Virus record (IMG/VR): IMGVR_UViG_3300024346_000004
DNA from: a virus
Lineage: Duplodnaviria > Caudoviricetes
Length of the DNA: 64,000 nucleotides
Direction: 5' to 3' (one strand)
In this document: positions 1 to 9,962 of the stretch, in pieces
Numbering within the stretch: position 1 is the first letter of the stretch
Layout of the letters: every line of letters begins with the position of its first letter
The notes under the pieces: model-generated
Told to the model about the DNA's origin: nothing
Database searches by the model: none
The model's input: only the letters and a program-made list of their open reading frames with translations
Made by a program: the position numbers and the translations under genes

Positions 1-999
1 TCTTCTGATGAGTCTGCTTCAACTATCCACAGATTACTAAAAGCTAATCATACTGGTGGTTTTGATAAGAATGAATATGAATTGCTGGAACATGAAGTTA
101 TTATTGTTGATGAAGCTTCGATGTTAGATATCAATCTATTTAATTCTTTATTAAAGGCTATGAATACATCTACTAAGCTTGTTTTAGTAGGCGATATCAA
201 TCAGTTGCCTTCAGTAGGACCGGGTAATCTACTAAATGATCTTATTAGCTCACAATTGTTCCCTGTTTGTAGATTGACCAAAATTTTCCGTCAAACATCT
301 ACAAATACAATTATCAATACAGCTCACAAGATTTTAAAAGGTGAAGATCCTGACTTGATTCAAGCTTCCGAGGGGTCAAATTGCTTCTTTTATCAAACTA
401 ATGAAGAAAATCTTGTTAATAGAATAACTAAGCTATATCGCAAGCTTATGGATAATAAATATACACCTCAGCAAATTCAAATAATGACCCCCAAAAAAAT
501 TGGACCTTTAGGCAGTGTAGAACTTAATAAAATGCTACAAAATGAACTAAATCCTAAAATCAAAGGTGTAGATGAATTCGCTAATGATTACAAAACATTC
601 CGAACAGGTGATAAAGTAATTCAAAATAAAAATAATAAAACCAAGAATGTATTCAATGGAGAAACAGGCATTATTGTCAATATTTCTAGCTCAATTAGAG
701 TTGATTATAATGGAAAGATCATTGAATATGTTCCTGCTGAATTAGTAGAATTAGATTTGGCTTATGTAATTACCGTTCATAAATCTCAAGGCAGCGAATA
801 CGAAGTTGTAGTATTCTTGCAATATAATCAATATTTTCCATTACTTCAAAGAAAACTTCTATATACTGCTGTCACAAGAAGTAAATCATATTGTTTTATC
901 TTAGGCGATTATAACAGCATGATCAAGTCTATAGAAAATTTATCTGAAAGTAAAAGAAATACCAGCTTGATAACAAGATTAAAGGAATCAACAGTATAA
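1..999 (+). CDS. recD: RecD2/TraA-like SF1B DNA helicase (5'-truncated by window edge)
   Basis: Frame open from base 1 (SSDESASTIHRLL); motifs IIVDEASM, LVGDINQLPSVGPG, LTKIFRQ, AYVITVHKSQGSEY, LLYTAVTR. Confidence 0.92.
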   Translation, partial: SSDESASTIHRLLKANHTGGFDKNEYELLEHEVIIVDEASMLDINLFNSLLKAMNTSTKLVLVGDINQLPSVGPGNLLNDLISSQLFPVCRLTKIFRQTSTNTIINTAHKILKGEDPDLIQASEGSNCFFYQTNEENLVNRITKLYRKLMDNKYTPQQIQIMTPKKIGPLGSVELNKMLQNELNPKIKGVDEFANDYKTFRTGDKVIQNKNNKTKNVFNGETGIIVNISSSIRVDYNGKIIEYVPAELVELDLAYVITVHKSQGSEYEVVVFLQYNQYFPLLQRKLLYTAVTRSKSYCFILGDYNSMIKSIENLSESKRNTSLITRLKESTV

Positions 1000-1029
1000 A
1001 GCTCTAAAATATAATAAGAGGTATGTTTT

Positions 1030-1941
1030 ATGGACTTTAGAGAAGTTTTTTCACAAGCTGGCCCAAATGCTAAAGAAAGAGCAGATAGACAATTTGCTCA
1101 AACATATAGCCATGATAAAGATCTTATTGATTTAAGAGACCCAAGTGATAGAGAATTAGTTAAATCTATCAATCCTAAAGTTATGGAAGTGGTTGAAGCA
1201 TACGAATCGATGCCACAAAAATACGTCCCTACAAAACCATATGTAGTAAGATTCGGTAATAAAACAGTAATTATCCCTCCTGTTAAGGGATTAAAAGAGA
1301 AATTTGAAAAAGAATTAGCTCCTCTCTGTTTTATGAGCGAAGAAACAGCAGAACGTAATGTAGGAAGTGCTAGAAATTTTATTCAGAATGTAGGATTACT
1401 TCATACAGATAGACCTAAATCTGCAACATTACATGTAAGATACTCTACTGGTACAGATTCAGGAATTAGTGCTGATACTGAAAGAGAAGTCGCCTTAATC
1501 CCTAGATTAGATAGATTAGTACAATCTTTACCTCCAGATTATACTAGATCATTAGGTTTAGTAGAAAAAGGTTCACATAAATTAATGTGGCAAACTAGCT
1601 TGATGAGAGCTATGTTTGATGATACTTATCGTAATGAGATTATAGACACACTAACTCCATTTGAAAAAGGTGTTTTAAGATCTAAAGTTTCAACATTATA
1701 TGCTTTGAAAAATAAGTATGAAAATGATCCAGAAGCATTTATGGCAGAAATTAGTTGGGATCAATTAACCGCTCAATTACTAAAAGATCTAGATAGAAAA
1801 TTTGAATATACAAAAATTCACTCTGCTAGATTAAAAACAGGTAAAAACTGGTATCCTGTAGACTTCCCAGGAATGATCAAAGAATTTATCACAGGAACAA
1901 AACATCCTGAAACTCTACATTCTGAAGAAGAATACGAATAA
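1030..1941 (+). CDS. hypothetical protein
   Basis: 303 aa ORF, SD GAGG upstream, terminator downstream. Confidence 0.75.
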   Translation: MDFREVFSQAGPNAKERADRQFAQTYSHDKDLIDLRDPSDRELVKSINPKVMEVVEAYESMPQKYVPTKPYVVRFGNKTVIIPPVKGLKEKFEKELAPLCFMSEETAERNVGSARNFIQNVGLLHTDRPKSATLHVRYSTGTDSGISADTEREVALIPRLDRLVQSLPPDYTRSLGLVEKGSHKLMWQTSLMRAMFDDTYRNEIIDTLTPFEKGVLRSKVSTLYALKNKYENDPEAFMAEISWDQLTAQLLKDLDRKFEYTKIHSARLKTGKNWYPVDFPGMIKEFITGTKHPETLHSEEEYE

Positions 1942-1942
1942 A

Positions 1943-1974
1943 AATAAGGCTGAAACATTAGTTTCAGCCTTATT
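1943..1974 (+). terminator. intrinsic terminator-like hairpin
   Basis: aataaggctgaaac-atta-gtttcagccttatt perfect 14 bp inverted repeat right after the stop. Confidence 0.75.
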
Positions 1975-1991
1975 CTCCTTAAGTATGCGTG

Positions 1992-1997
1992 TATAAT
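1992..1997 (+). promoter_or_regulatory. -10 box (TATAAT), probable leaderless promoter of clpX
   Basis: TATAAT 8 nt before ATG, no SD. Confidence 0.55.
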
Positions 1998-2005
1998 GTC
2001 TGTAT

Positions 2006-3382
2006 ATGTCTGATATCATTAAAAGCAATACTCAGCGGTGTGCTTTCTGTACTAAGAAAGCTACTGAAAAAATTACAGACCATTTGAATTTATTTTCAAA
2101 AGATAATGCTCTTTATTTATGTGAAGCTCATTTTAACAGTTTTCAAGTTGGAACTGTTTTTGGGCAGATGGAAATAAATGCTAAAATTATTTCTATTTTA
2201 TCTAATATAGACGATGATCTCACTGGAGAGACATTGAAAAATAGAGTATATACATTAGTACCTTTGGGAAAAACACAAGTTGATTCATCGCCTCAATCAA
2301 GGCCTGTTTCATTTTCTGAATTTAGCCCAAAATATTTCTATGAGTCTTTGAATAAAAAAGTAATTGGTCAAGAAGATGCTAAAAAGAGAGTATCTTTGGC
2401 TGTATATGAGCATGTAAAATCATCATTTGACAAAAATGAATCTAATGATAGGCACAATATACTTCTTCTTGGCGCATCGGGAAGTGGCAAAACTTTCATC
2501 ATCAATAATGTTGCCAAAGACTTAAATGTTCCTTTTGTCGTAGGTGATGCTACTTCATATTCTCCCACAGGTTTTCAAGGTTCAGATGCGGATTCATGTA
2601 TACACGATCTTTGGACATCAGTAGAAGGCGATATAGAATCAGCTGAACGTGGAGTAGTTTTTATTGATGAAATTGATAAACTAGCTACATATAATCACAC
2701 TGGATCAAGATCTGAATCTTTTAATCAGTCTACACAGTCTACTATGTTGAAGCTTATAGAAGGTAAGCGCATAAAAATACCATCATCCGTCACAGGTGAT
2801 ACTGGTAGCCCGCCTCCATATATATCTACTAATAAAATATTATTCTGTTTTGGCGGGGCTTTTAATGGTCTGCATAAAATCGTAGCTAAGAAAATGGGGA
2901 AAAAAGAAAAAACCATTGGATTACGATCAGACGCAGATTACAATGAAGAATATCAAAAACAATTAGAATCTTATGAAATCTTAAGATCTGCTTCTCAAGA
3001 TGTCCTTATAGAAAGCCTTATAGAATATGGATTATCTGCTGAATTTGTAGGTAGAATTCAAAATATTGTTGCATTAGCTCCTTTAAACAAAGAAGAACTA
3101 ATGAAATGTTTAGTAGAAATTGAAACATCACCTGTCAATAAACAACAGATTCTTTTTGCCGAGTCTGGTATACATTTGATATTTGAAGAAGATTTTCTAA
3201 ATCATGTTATTGATAAAGTTGAAAAAATGGGTACAGGTACAAGAGCTCTTAACACATTAGTAAAGAAATCTGTATCTTATGCTGCATTTGAACACCTTGG
3301 TCATTCAGGTAAGAAACCAAAGAGTATTACCATCATACAGGAATGCTTAGAAAATCCTGAGAAATATCATATAGAGTATTAA
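2006..3382 (+). CDS. clpX: ClpX-like AAA+ unfoldase
   Basis: VIGQEDAK, Walker A GASGSGKT, Walker B VFIDEIDK, IGL loop, EFVGR, GTRAL; N-terminal CAFC..CEAH zinc-binding remnant. Confidence 0.9.
   Translation: MSDIIKSNTQRCAFCTKKATEKITDHLNLFSKDNALYLCEAHFNSFQVGTVFGQMEINAKIISILSNIDDDLTGETLKNRVYTLVPLGKTQVDSSPQSRPVSFSEFSPKYFYESLNKKVIGQEDAKKRVSLAVYEHVKSSFDKNESNDRHNILLLGASGSGKTFIINNVAKDLNVPFVVGDATSYSPTGFQGSDADSCIHDLWTSVEGDIESAERGVVFIDEIDKLATYNHTGSRSESFNQSTQSTMLKLIEGKRIKIPSSVTGDTGSPPPYISTNKILFCFGGAFNGLHKIVAKKMGKKEKTIGLRSDADYNEEYQKQLESYEILRSASQDVLIESLIEYGLSAEFVGRIQNIVALAPLNKEELMKCLVEIETSPVNKQQILFAESGIHLIFEEDFLNHVIDKVEKMGTGTRALNTLVKKSVSYAAFEHLGHSGKKPKSITIIQECLENPEKYHIEY
3339..3363 (+). promoter_or_regulatory. 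putative phage-specific promoter AGG-N17-GAGAA
   Basis: agg aatgcttagaaaatcct gagaa, 36 nt upstream of the ORF at 3400. Confidence 0.5.
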
Positions 3383-3399
3383 AAATATAAGGTGATATT

Positions 3400-4959
3400 T
3401 TGAGCAAATATATTAAGAAAATTGTTGATTTAAACAGATATACTACAGATTCAGAAGCTAATGTAAAGCTATCTTATAAAACTCTCGAAGCAATTTCATC
3501 CTTATGGGTCAAGGTTGCTGATAACCCTGTCACCCCTACAGTACCCGATGTTACTCGTGCTATTGGTGTTCAAACTACTTCTAGAGATATTGCTAACTAT
3601 ACCAAAATTGTAGATCATTTTTTAAATCTTTTAATGAAGAGCACAAATCAAAAATATAATCAAAAAATATATAAATATGATTTTGTTTTTACTTCTAATC
3701 CTGAAATAGATCCAGAAGCAACTTTGCATAAGAATGAGATTGACAAAAAGTTTGATGAATTAAAAGCAGCTGAACCTACTCCAAGTTTTGAAACTAAATA
3801 TCGTAAAGCTGGTGGTAGCAGTTGGACAGCATATAGCGATGTAATTTTTTATATTGAAAGTACAGGGTTCAGTGGAACTCTTGAAACTGATGATACTACT
3901 ACTCCAACTCCAACAATTAATGCTACTGTATTATATAATTTGCCTTCAGCTCCTAGGCATAATAATCCAGCATATTTGAGTTATAGTAATACAGCTAAAG
4001 TAGCATTACTCAATCTTTGTACAAGCAGAGGCATCCCACCCGTAGCACCTGGGTCACCTCTTAACACTTATGAAGATTATAAAAACAGTATCATTGCATC
4101 TTTCGGAACTCCTACAGTAAAACAAAAAAAGATTCGATCTAGTAATCCTATTGAAGGTGTAATACCAAAAACAGATGACGAATATTTTATAATTGATTTA
4201 GTAAAATTAGTTAACACTAAGACAGCGCCACCACCTGGTATGCCAAGAGAGAATTATGAATATATTTTAAATAAATCTGGCGTTTTGACCTGGGCGGGTG
4301 TTTCAGAAACAGATCCTAGCGTATATAATCCAGCGTTGCTACCTTATGATCCAAATAAATTTGCTGTAGGGGATGTTGAAAAAGCTACATTACTCAACCG
4401 AGATTTGAAAATTCCCGCAAGTATGGGTGGTTTTATTTTAGCTAATGTTTTAGCTTTACGTGCATCTATGATAGCAAGCATTACATCTACAGTAGAATCT
4501 AATTTCGACTTAGATGGTGGACAGATAGCTATTCAAGAAATGTTTAGTGCATTTACTCCTCGACAAGCAAAATTATTCAATGCTAGAGGTTTGGAATCTT
4601 ATGTTGCTAATGATGGAACAGTAAGATTTGATGTAGATAAAACTATGGATTATCTTAAACAAATGGCTAATTACAATGGTATAACACAGTTTTTTGATAA
4701 AAGAATTCAACTTAAGTTGTCTAAATTAATTGATTACCCTATAGAATCTTATGATAATGAAAAAGGTGTAAAGAAAACAACTCCTTACAAAGATTTTATC
4801 AAGAATGCAACATATGAACAATTAGTAGATCCAACCATTATCAGTCTAATAAGAAATATTGCTAGACAAATAGCCGTTGAAATAGGTAAATTAGAGATCA
4901 AATTAGTTCGTTATCAAAGAAGACAGAGAATCGATAAAATCAATAAAGCAGGTGATTAA
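3400..4959 (+). CDS. hypothetical protein, possibly virion-associated
   Basis: 519 aa ORF, TTG start with AAGGTG SD; N-terminus MSKYIKK shared with ORF 55395. Confidence 0.7.
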   Translation: MSKYIKKIVDLNRYTTDSEANVKLSYKTLEAISSLWVKVADNPVTPTVPDVTRAIGVQTTSRDIANYTKIVDHFLNLLMKSTNQKYNQKIYKYDFVFTSNPEIDPEATLHKNEIDKKFDELKAAEPTPSFETKYRKAGGSSWTAYSDVIFYIESTGFSGTLETDDTTTPTPTINATVLYNLPSAPRHNNPAYLSYSNTAKVALLNLCTSRGIPPVAPGSPLNTYEDYKNSIIASFGTPTVKQKKIRSSNPIEGVIPKTDDEYFIIDLVKLVNTKTAPPPGMPRENYEYILNKSGVLTWAGVSETDPSVYNPALLPYDPNKFAVGDVEKATLLNRDLKIPASMGGFILANVLALRASMIASITSTVESNFDLDGGQIAIQEMFSAFTPRQAKLFNARGLESYVANDGTVRFDVDKTMDYLKQMANYNGITQFFDKRIQLKLSKLIDYPIESYDNEKGVKKTTPYKDFIKNATYEQLVDPTIISLIRNIARQIAVEIGKLEIKLVRYQRRQRIDKINKAGD

Positions 4960-4961
4960 AA

Positions 4962-5774
4962 ATGACTAGAAATGAAAAATATATAGCTTTAAATATAGAG
5001 CTGGATCATTTAGAAAAAGCTATATATGATAATAGAAATACTAAAATGGCTAAAATAGTCACAGCAAATCCGGGTGCTCTCGCTACTATTGGACCTCAAC
5101 TGATTAAAATTGGTGTAAGTTCAGGCACAACAACTCAGTTTTTACAAAAAGCTGGTTCAGGAGCTATTAGTCCAACAACTTTTAGCACAGTATTATCGAG
5201 TGGTATGACAAGTGTTCCTGGACTAAGTAATATGAAGAATCTTAGTCTTGGTTTAAATTCATGGGAAGAAATTGGAAACGTATTACAAGATATTCTTAGT
5301 ACCGCAGAACTAATCGCAAAATTAGCACCTATGATTATCTATACCATTGATTCACTAGTTACTATGGATACTATTTCTCCAGAAGAAGCATCAAAAAAAG
5401 TTCAAGATCCTCTTTATGATTCTAAACAACAAGCTGGTACTGATTCTGAAGCACAAGCACAGATGGGTGGATTTACAGGTGGTGGATTTGGTAACATTCC
5501 TATGAATACAGATCCAACAAAAGTAGATATTACTTCTAGCAACAAAAAAATGACTCGTTTGGCTGCAAATGAGGTCGAATTAACTGGAGCAGATGCTAAT
5601 GCAATGCCAGACTCTGTAAATGGCATTCTAAAGAGATTTATGGCTTTAGCTAATGACCCAACAACTGGTGGTCCTAATGATCCTAGAACAGCTAAAAAGT
5701 TGGAAAATTATTATAACGAACTTAATAGTAAGTATGGTCCAGTATTGAAAAAATTACCTAAGGTCAATCTTTAA
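4962..5774 (+). CDS. hypothetical protein (Gly/Thr/Met-rich)
   Basis: 270 aa ORF tightly coupled to neighbours. Confidence 0.7.
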   Translation: MTRNEKYIALNIELDHLEKAIYDNRNTKMAKIVTANPGALATIGPQLIKIGVSSGTTTQFLQKAGSGAISPTTFSTVLSSGMTSVPGLSNMKNLSLGLNSWEEIGNVLQDILSTAELIAKLAPMIIYTIDSLVTMDTISPEEASKKVQDPLYDSKQQAGTDSEAQAQMGGFTGGGFGNIPMNTDPTKVDITSSNKKMTRLAANEVELTGADANAMPDSVNGILKRFMALANDPTTGGPNDPRTAKKLENYYNELNSKYGPVLKKLPKVNL

Positions 5775-5776
5775 TT

Positions 5777-6373
5777 ATGAATCATTTAGATATTTATAAA
5801 GTTGCGTCTGACAGGGATAAGAATCTTAATTTTCAAGAAGCTGACCATTTAGATAATGAATTGATCAAAATTGCACAAAATTTAAGTGTTCCAGGTGCAG
5901 TAGTTACAAGTCCATCTGAAATGTTTTTCGGTGGGGCAAATTCTCAATATGGTTTTTCCCAATTGCCAGGAGCTTCTATTCAAGGTAAAGGTGCTAAAAG
6001 ACCAGATTTATTCTTTCACGAACCTGGTTCTGATTCAAGATTTAGAATAAACCCAGCTACAGGTAGAGAATATTCTTACGATGAGATTAAAGTATTGCAA
6101 GAACGTGAATTGATGAATCAGCAAACTAGAAATCCTCAATATGAACAGGCATTTGAGAATCAGTGGAATAATTATTACCAGACATTAATTCAACAGGGTG
6201 CTACTCCTGATATGCTACAAAATGTATTATATCATTGGGGTGAAAAATTAGCTGCTAAGGTCAAAACTGGTATGACTCCTGCACAATTTTTCTCTCAGTA
6301 TGGAATTATTAATCCACAGCTTAGAACAAGCCTTATGAATCTATTACAACAGGAATCTTTACTTAAGAATTAA
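5777..6373 (+). CDS. hypothetical protein with shared N-terminal KxAQ leader
   Basis: MNHLDIYKVASDRDKNLNFQEADHLDNELIKIAQ then a Q-rich body. Confidence 0.7.
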   Translation: MNHLDIYKVASDRDKNLNFQEADHLDNELIKIAQNLSVPGAVVTSPSEMFFGGANSQYGFSQLPGASIQGKGAKRPDLFFHEPGSDSRFRINPATGREYSYDEIKVLQERELMNQQTRNPQYEQAFENQWNNYYQTLIQQGATPDMLQNVLYHWGEKLAAKVKTGMTPAQFFSQYGIINPQLRTSLMNLLQQESLLKN

Positions 6374-6390
6374 ATGTATAATTGGACATT

Positions 6391-7137
6391 ATGACATGTC
6401 CATTATATTGTTCTAAAGTAAATCAATGCTTTGTAAAAATTACTTCTAATACAAACATTCTATCTCATCTTACATCAATCCCCTTAAATCTTGTAGACAG
6501 TCAATGGTCCGAAGATTGCAAGGGGATTTTTGCTAATTGTTCTTTTGTTGAAAAAACTACAGAAGAAATTAAAGAAGAAGCACCTGATACTTCCGAAGCA
6601 CAAGAAGAGCCAGTTATTGAAATAGAAGATGTCAAAGTACGTATTTTCAAATTAGATAATCCATATGTGGTCAAAGCTGATGTACTTGTTTATCCTAATA
6701 ATATGCTTTTGAATATTGATGATCCTTTGCTTGCAAGAATGACTAAAAATAAAATGCAAGATTATTTGGATAAAGTCAAACGTCCTATTAAAATGGGTTC
6801 GGTACATGAATCAGAATCTTTTGGAATCGTTCCTAAGAAGGTTTACCATGCAATTATTTCTGGTGAAAGCAGATTAGTTAGTGAAGAAGATATTAGAATC
6901 TGCACAAGAAAATCTTTATTATTAGCAGAAGAAGCACAAGCAAGAACTGTTGTCTATATTCCATTTGACTGCGGAACACATGACATTCTTGACACAGCTA
7001 GAACACAATTAGCAGCAATTAAGACCTTTTTAAAGCAAAATAAGGACCTACAATACATTAAAAATATCTTTATTGTAATGGAAGATGAGGAATCTTACAA
7101 TGTTTTCATGGAATATTATAATAGAATATTTAAGTAA
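6391..7137 (+). CDS. Macro-domain-like protein with Cys-rich N-terminus
   Basis: KADVLVYPNN, KKVYHAI, SLLLAEE..RTVVYIPFDCG, IKNIFIV fit the macro fold; ATG 6391 preferred (TATAAT 8 nt upstream). Confidence 0.65.
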   Translation: MTCPLYCSKVNQCFVKITSNTNILSHLTSIPLNLVDSQWSEDCKGIFANCSFVEKTTEEIKEEAPDTSEAQEEPVIEIEDVKVRIFKLDNPYVVKADVLVYPNNMLLNIDDPLLARMTKNKMQDYLDKVKRPIKMGSVHESESFGIVPKKVYHAIISGESRLVSEEDIRICTRKSLLLAEEAQARTVVYIPFDCGTHDILDTARTQLAAIKTFLKQNKDLQYIKNIFIVMEDEESYNVFMEYYNRIFK

Positions 7138-7142
7138 AGGTA

Positions 7143-7478
7143 TTGTTTATGCAGCCAAAATCAGATGCTATATTACAAGCGTTTATGGACAGCTTTACAT
7201 TTCCACTATGGCTTGTTGATTCTAATCATAATATTTTAATGAATGAGTATGCTCTAGGGTTATCTAATTCTGGTTTTGATATAAGATCTAGAATTGGCAA
7301 AATGCGGTTAGGTGATACAAAAAATATTGTTTATAATGGAATAAAATATAAAATTCACAGTAAAGATATTAATCACGGCACAAACTGCTTAGTATTCACA
7401 ATGGAAAAAATACTTGATGATGTTGTTAGGCTCAAAGAATCAACATCTAAATTAAGGAAAGTATTAGGCTCAGTATAA
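7143..7478 (+). CDS. small PAS-like protein
   Basis: FMDSFTFPLWLVDSNHNILMNE resembles the PAS N-terminal motif; C-terminal coiled helix. Confidence 0.45.
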   Translation: MFMQPKSDAILQAFMDSFTFPLWLVDSNHNILMNEYALGLSNSGFDIRSRIGKMRLGDTKNIVYNGIKYKIHSKDINHGTNCLVFTMEKILDDVVRLKESTSKLRKVLGSV

Positions 7479-7481
7479 TTG

Positions 7482-8036
7482 ATGGAACATAATGATGATG
7501 ATTTCAATTACAGAGATCTCAAAAATATAATAAACGCACAAACAGAAGCTTATGTAGAATTCAATAATGCACTAGTAAGAATCATAGAACTTCAAAAACA
7601 GATTAAAGAAGAAATTAATCGTGTTGGGGATACTGATTTAGACGAGCTTAAAGGCATTTCTGAAAAAATAACCAAAGTTACTACTTTACTGGAATTATTT
7701 ACTGATAATAAAAACAGTCTAGCTAATGAGATGGACGAGTACAATGCTGTTCTTTCTGATTTCGGTTCAGAATTACAGAGTTTTAAATTCGACTTAGAAA
7801 GAATTATTCTTACCCAAGCTTCTAATAATGAATATGAAAAACTGAATAGATCTTTCAACGACAAATCAAATACTTTAAAATCCCTTATTGATACTTTGGG
7901 TAAAAAAGTAGATTCTATGCAAGGTACACAAGATAAAGCATATAGCCAAGTTCAAAAATTCTTATGGGGCTTAGGCGGAGCTTGGTTCGTTATTCAATTT
8001 TTAATTAGTATTGGACTGTATAATCTTAGGAAATGA
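7482..8036 (+). CDS. coiled-coil protein with C-terminal transmembrane helix
   Basis: heptad-rich body; FLWGLGGAWFVIQFLISIGLY at the C-terminus. Confidence 0.65.
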   Translation: MEHNDDDFNYRDLKNIINAQTEAYVEFNNALVRIIELQKQIKEEINRVGDTDLDELKGISEKITKVTTLLELFTDNKNSLANEMDEYNAVLSDFGSELQSFKFDLERIILTQASNNEYEKLNRSFNDKSNTLKSLIDTLGKKVDSMQGTQDKAYSQVQKFLWGLGGAWFVIQFLISIGLYNLRK

Positions 8037-8398
8037 AAATAAATATTACAGGAGATTATATTAATCTTCTTGATAAATTAAAACAAATAGATAATACATA
8101 CTATATAACAGAAGAAGATGCTTTAAGAGTTCATATATCTAATAACAAGCCTGATAATCATGTTCATGTATGGCAAAAAGTACATGATAATAAAGTAACA
8201 GATCCATATTCTTATTATGAAAAATTAAAACAAGATATGGGGTTGTTGATATTAGTGGTAAAAAATGTCTTCTACAATTCTAGACTAGGCACTATGCATT
8301 TAATATTTCATTACGATGGAATTGCTAGTTGCCAAAATGATCAAGAATTAGATTATATTTTAGCGGAAATGATTGCAGAACTTCAATATAATGAGTAA
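8033..8398 (+). CDS. hypothetical protein
   Basis: ATGA overlap with the upstream gene. Confidence 0.65.
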   Translation: MKINITGDYINLLDKLKQIDNTYYITEEDALRVHISNNKPDNHVHVWQKVHDNKVTDPYSYYEKLKQDMGLLILVVKNVFYNSRLGTMHLIFHYDGIASCQNDQELDYILAEMIAELQYNE

Positions 8399-8627
8399 AT
8401 CCTTAATCAGTTGCTATTGCTCCGAATGCTATGAACAGTATTTTATGAGCAATGATGAAATATTAATACCTAAATCTATGAGTATTATGGCAAAAGCAAA
8501 AAATATCGAAGATCCAAAAACATGGATCGATTGGCTAGAACATATTCAAAATTATTGTCCTGAATGTAGGCTTAAAAAAGCTCCTGAATCATGTATTAAT
8601 AATTTATCTAGAATGACTAAGAGATAG
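8391..8627 (+). CDS. small zinc-binding protein
   Basis: CSEC and CPEC pairs; ATG 8391 overlaps the upstream gene end. Confidence 0.55.
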   Translation: MSKSLISCYCSECYEQYFMSNDEILIPKSMSIMAKAKNIEDPKTWIDWLEHIQNYCPECRLKKAPESCINNLSRMTKR

Positions 8628-9096
8628 CTTTTTCAACTAAAGATTTGAACATATCTTTTAATATTTTTTCAGAATCACTAGTAATCTTACCGTCTGAAAA
8701 TTCTAATCTTCCGCTGTCTAATAAATAAGAGGCTAGTCCTAATCCTGCATCTTCTGCTGTTTCAATTAATTCAGGATTAATCGATAATGGTTCAGAAGAA
8801 TTATCTATAGATTCATTTTGTGCAGTTCTAAATATTCTTGAAAATAAATGATCTATATATCTATCGTCTACAGATGAAGTTCTAAGATTATCAATATCTG
8901 CTTGTGGTATTTTGTTAACGTATGATTGAACAGCTTCTTTATGTTTAGGACATTCCCAGTAAGTAGATCTTAAACCACCTCTACAGTCTAAACATACAGG
9001 TGCGCCACATTCTGGTTTACTACATACACCCATGTAAGCTCTATGTACAGGCTTACCGCATTGTGAACATGTTAAATTAGGAACGTAATTTTTCAT
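8617..9096 (-). CDS. zinc-finger protein with acidic C-terminus
   Basis: CSQC..CSKPEC..CLDC..CPKH; internal IFRTAQ motif. Confidence 0.65.
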   Translation of the reverse strand: MKNYVPNLTCSQCGKPVHRAYMGVCSKPECGAPVCLDCRGGLRSTYWECPKHKEAVQSYVNKIPQADIDNLRTSSVDDRYIDHLFSRIFRTAQNESIDNSSEPLSINPELIETAEDAGLGLASYLLDSGRLEFSDGKITSDSEKILKDMFKSLVEKAIS

Positions 9097-9100
9097 TTGC

Positions 9101-9129
9101 TTGACAATTCTACCTTTAAAAGATATATT
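9101..9129 (+). promoter_or_regulatory. sigma70-type promoter
   Basis: TTGACA-17 nt-TATATT; predicted start ~9135 coincides with the first UTR hairpin. Confidence 0.7.
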
Positions 9130-9134
9130 ATAGA

Positions 9135-9254
9135 TGTATTAAGGGGAAACCTTTAATATAGTAGGGCCTGAGAGGCAGCCCGAACTTATGCCATTCGTGG
9201 AAATCCAATAAAGGATGTCTCATACGTTGGAAAGAGCTAACACTTTCCCAACGC
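9135..9254 (+). ncRNA. structured 5' UTR, candidate riboswitch-like element
   Basis: four hairpins (GAAA and GAGA loops); GUAGGGC..GCCCGAA and AGCUAAC sub-motifs recall the ydaO/c-di-AMP riboswitch. Confidence 0.5.
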
Positions 9255-9270
9255 ACTCTGGAGGTATCAA

Positions 9271-9906
9271 ATGAAATATTTGGCACTATTTATGAGTATG
9301 ATTTCTTTCATACAAGTAGGTGTTAAGCATGAAAACTCGAAAGGTGCTTTGGTTGGTGCGGATACTACACAACAAAAATTAAATCTGCAAGCTTCTGAAA
9401 TGAGTCCTGATAAGAAAAAAATTATTGGCTTCATTCAGATCATACAACCAAAATATCCTATGGCAAAAGTTAAACAAATAGCTGATGTCATATTCTTAGC
9501 GAGCAAAAGATATAGGATTGATCCTTATGTTATTACTACTACAGCTTATGTAGAAAGTGAATTCGACATGAAATCAAAGCCCTGTATCGGTATTATGCAA
9601 ATGCTAGGATCTACAATTAGATCAGAATACAAAGGTACAAAACATGACCCTCGTACAGTACAAGGGAATATCATGTTAGGAACTGATTATCTGAAGAAAA
9701 TATTAGATATGCAAAAAAACAAATCTAATAGCCCATCAAGAATATCAGCTGACTGGAGATTCTATCGTCTAATGTGGGGCAGATATAGTGGGTATGGGAG
9801 CGGAAGTTTCTATGTCAAAAGAAACCAGACTGTGCTCCATTCCTTAAAAACCCTTAGCCTAGATAAACTCAAAGCTAAAATTAAAAGTAAAGGGCATATC
9901 TGGTAA
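9271..9906 (+). CDS. lytic transglycosylase (SLT family) with N-terminal signal/anchor
   Basis: AYVESEF catalytic Glu motif, IGIMQ, NIMLGTDYL; SD GGAGG. Confidence 0.8.
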   Translation: MKYLALFMSMISFIQVGVKHENSKGALVGADTTQQKLNLQASEMSPDKKKIIGFIQIIQPKYPMAKVKQIADVIFLASKRYRIDPYVITTTAYVESEFDMKSKPCIGIMQMLGSTIRSEYKGTKHDPRTVQGNIMLGTDYLKKILDMQKNKSNSPSRISADWRFYRLMWGRYSGYGSGSFYVKRNQTVLHSLKTLSLDKLKAKIKSKGHIW

Positions 9907-9907
9907 A

Positions 9908-9943
9908 AAAAATGGGGAAGATAGAAATATCTTCCCCATTTTT
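9908..9943. terminator. bidirectional intrinsic terminator
   Basis: aaaaatggggaagata-gaaa-tatcttccccattttt between convergent genes. Confidence 0.85.
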
Positions 9944-9962
9944 AGCTTAGAAAGCAGAGAGA

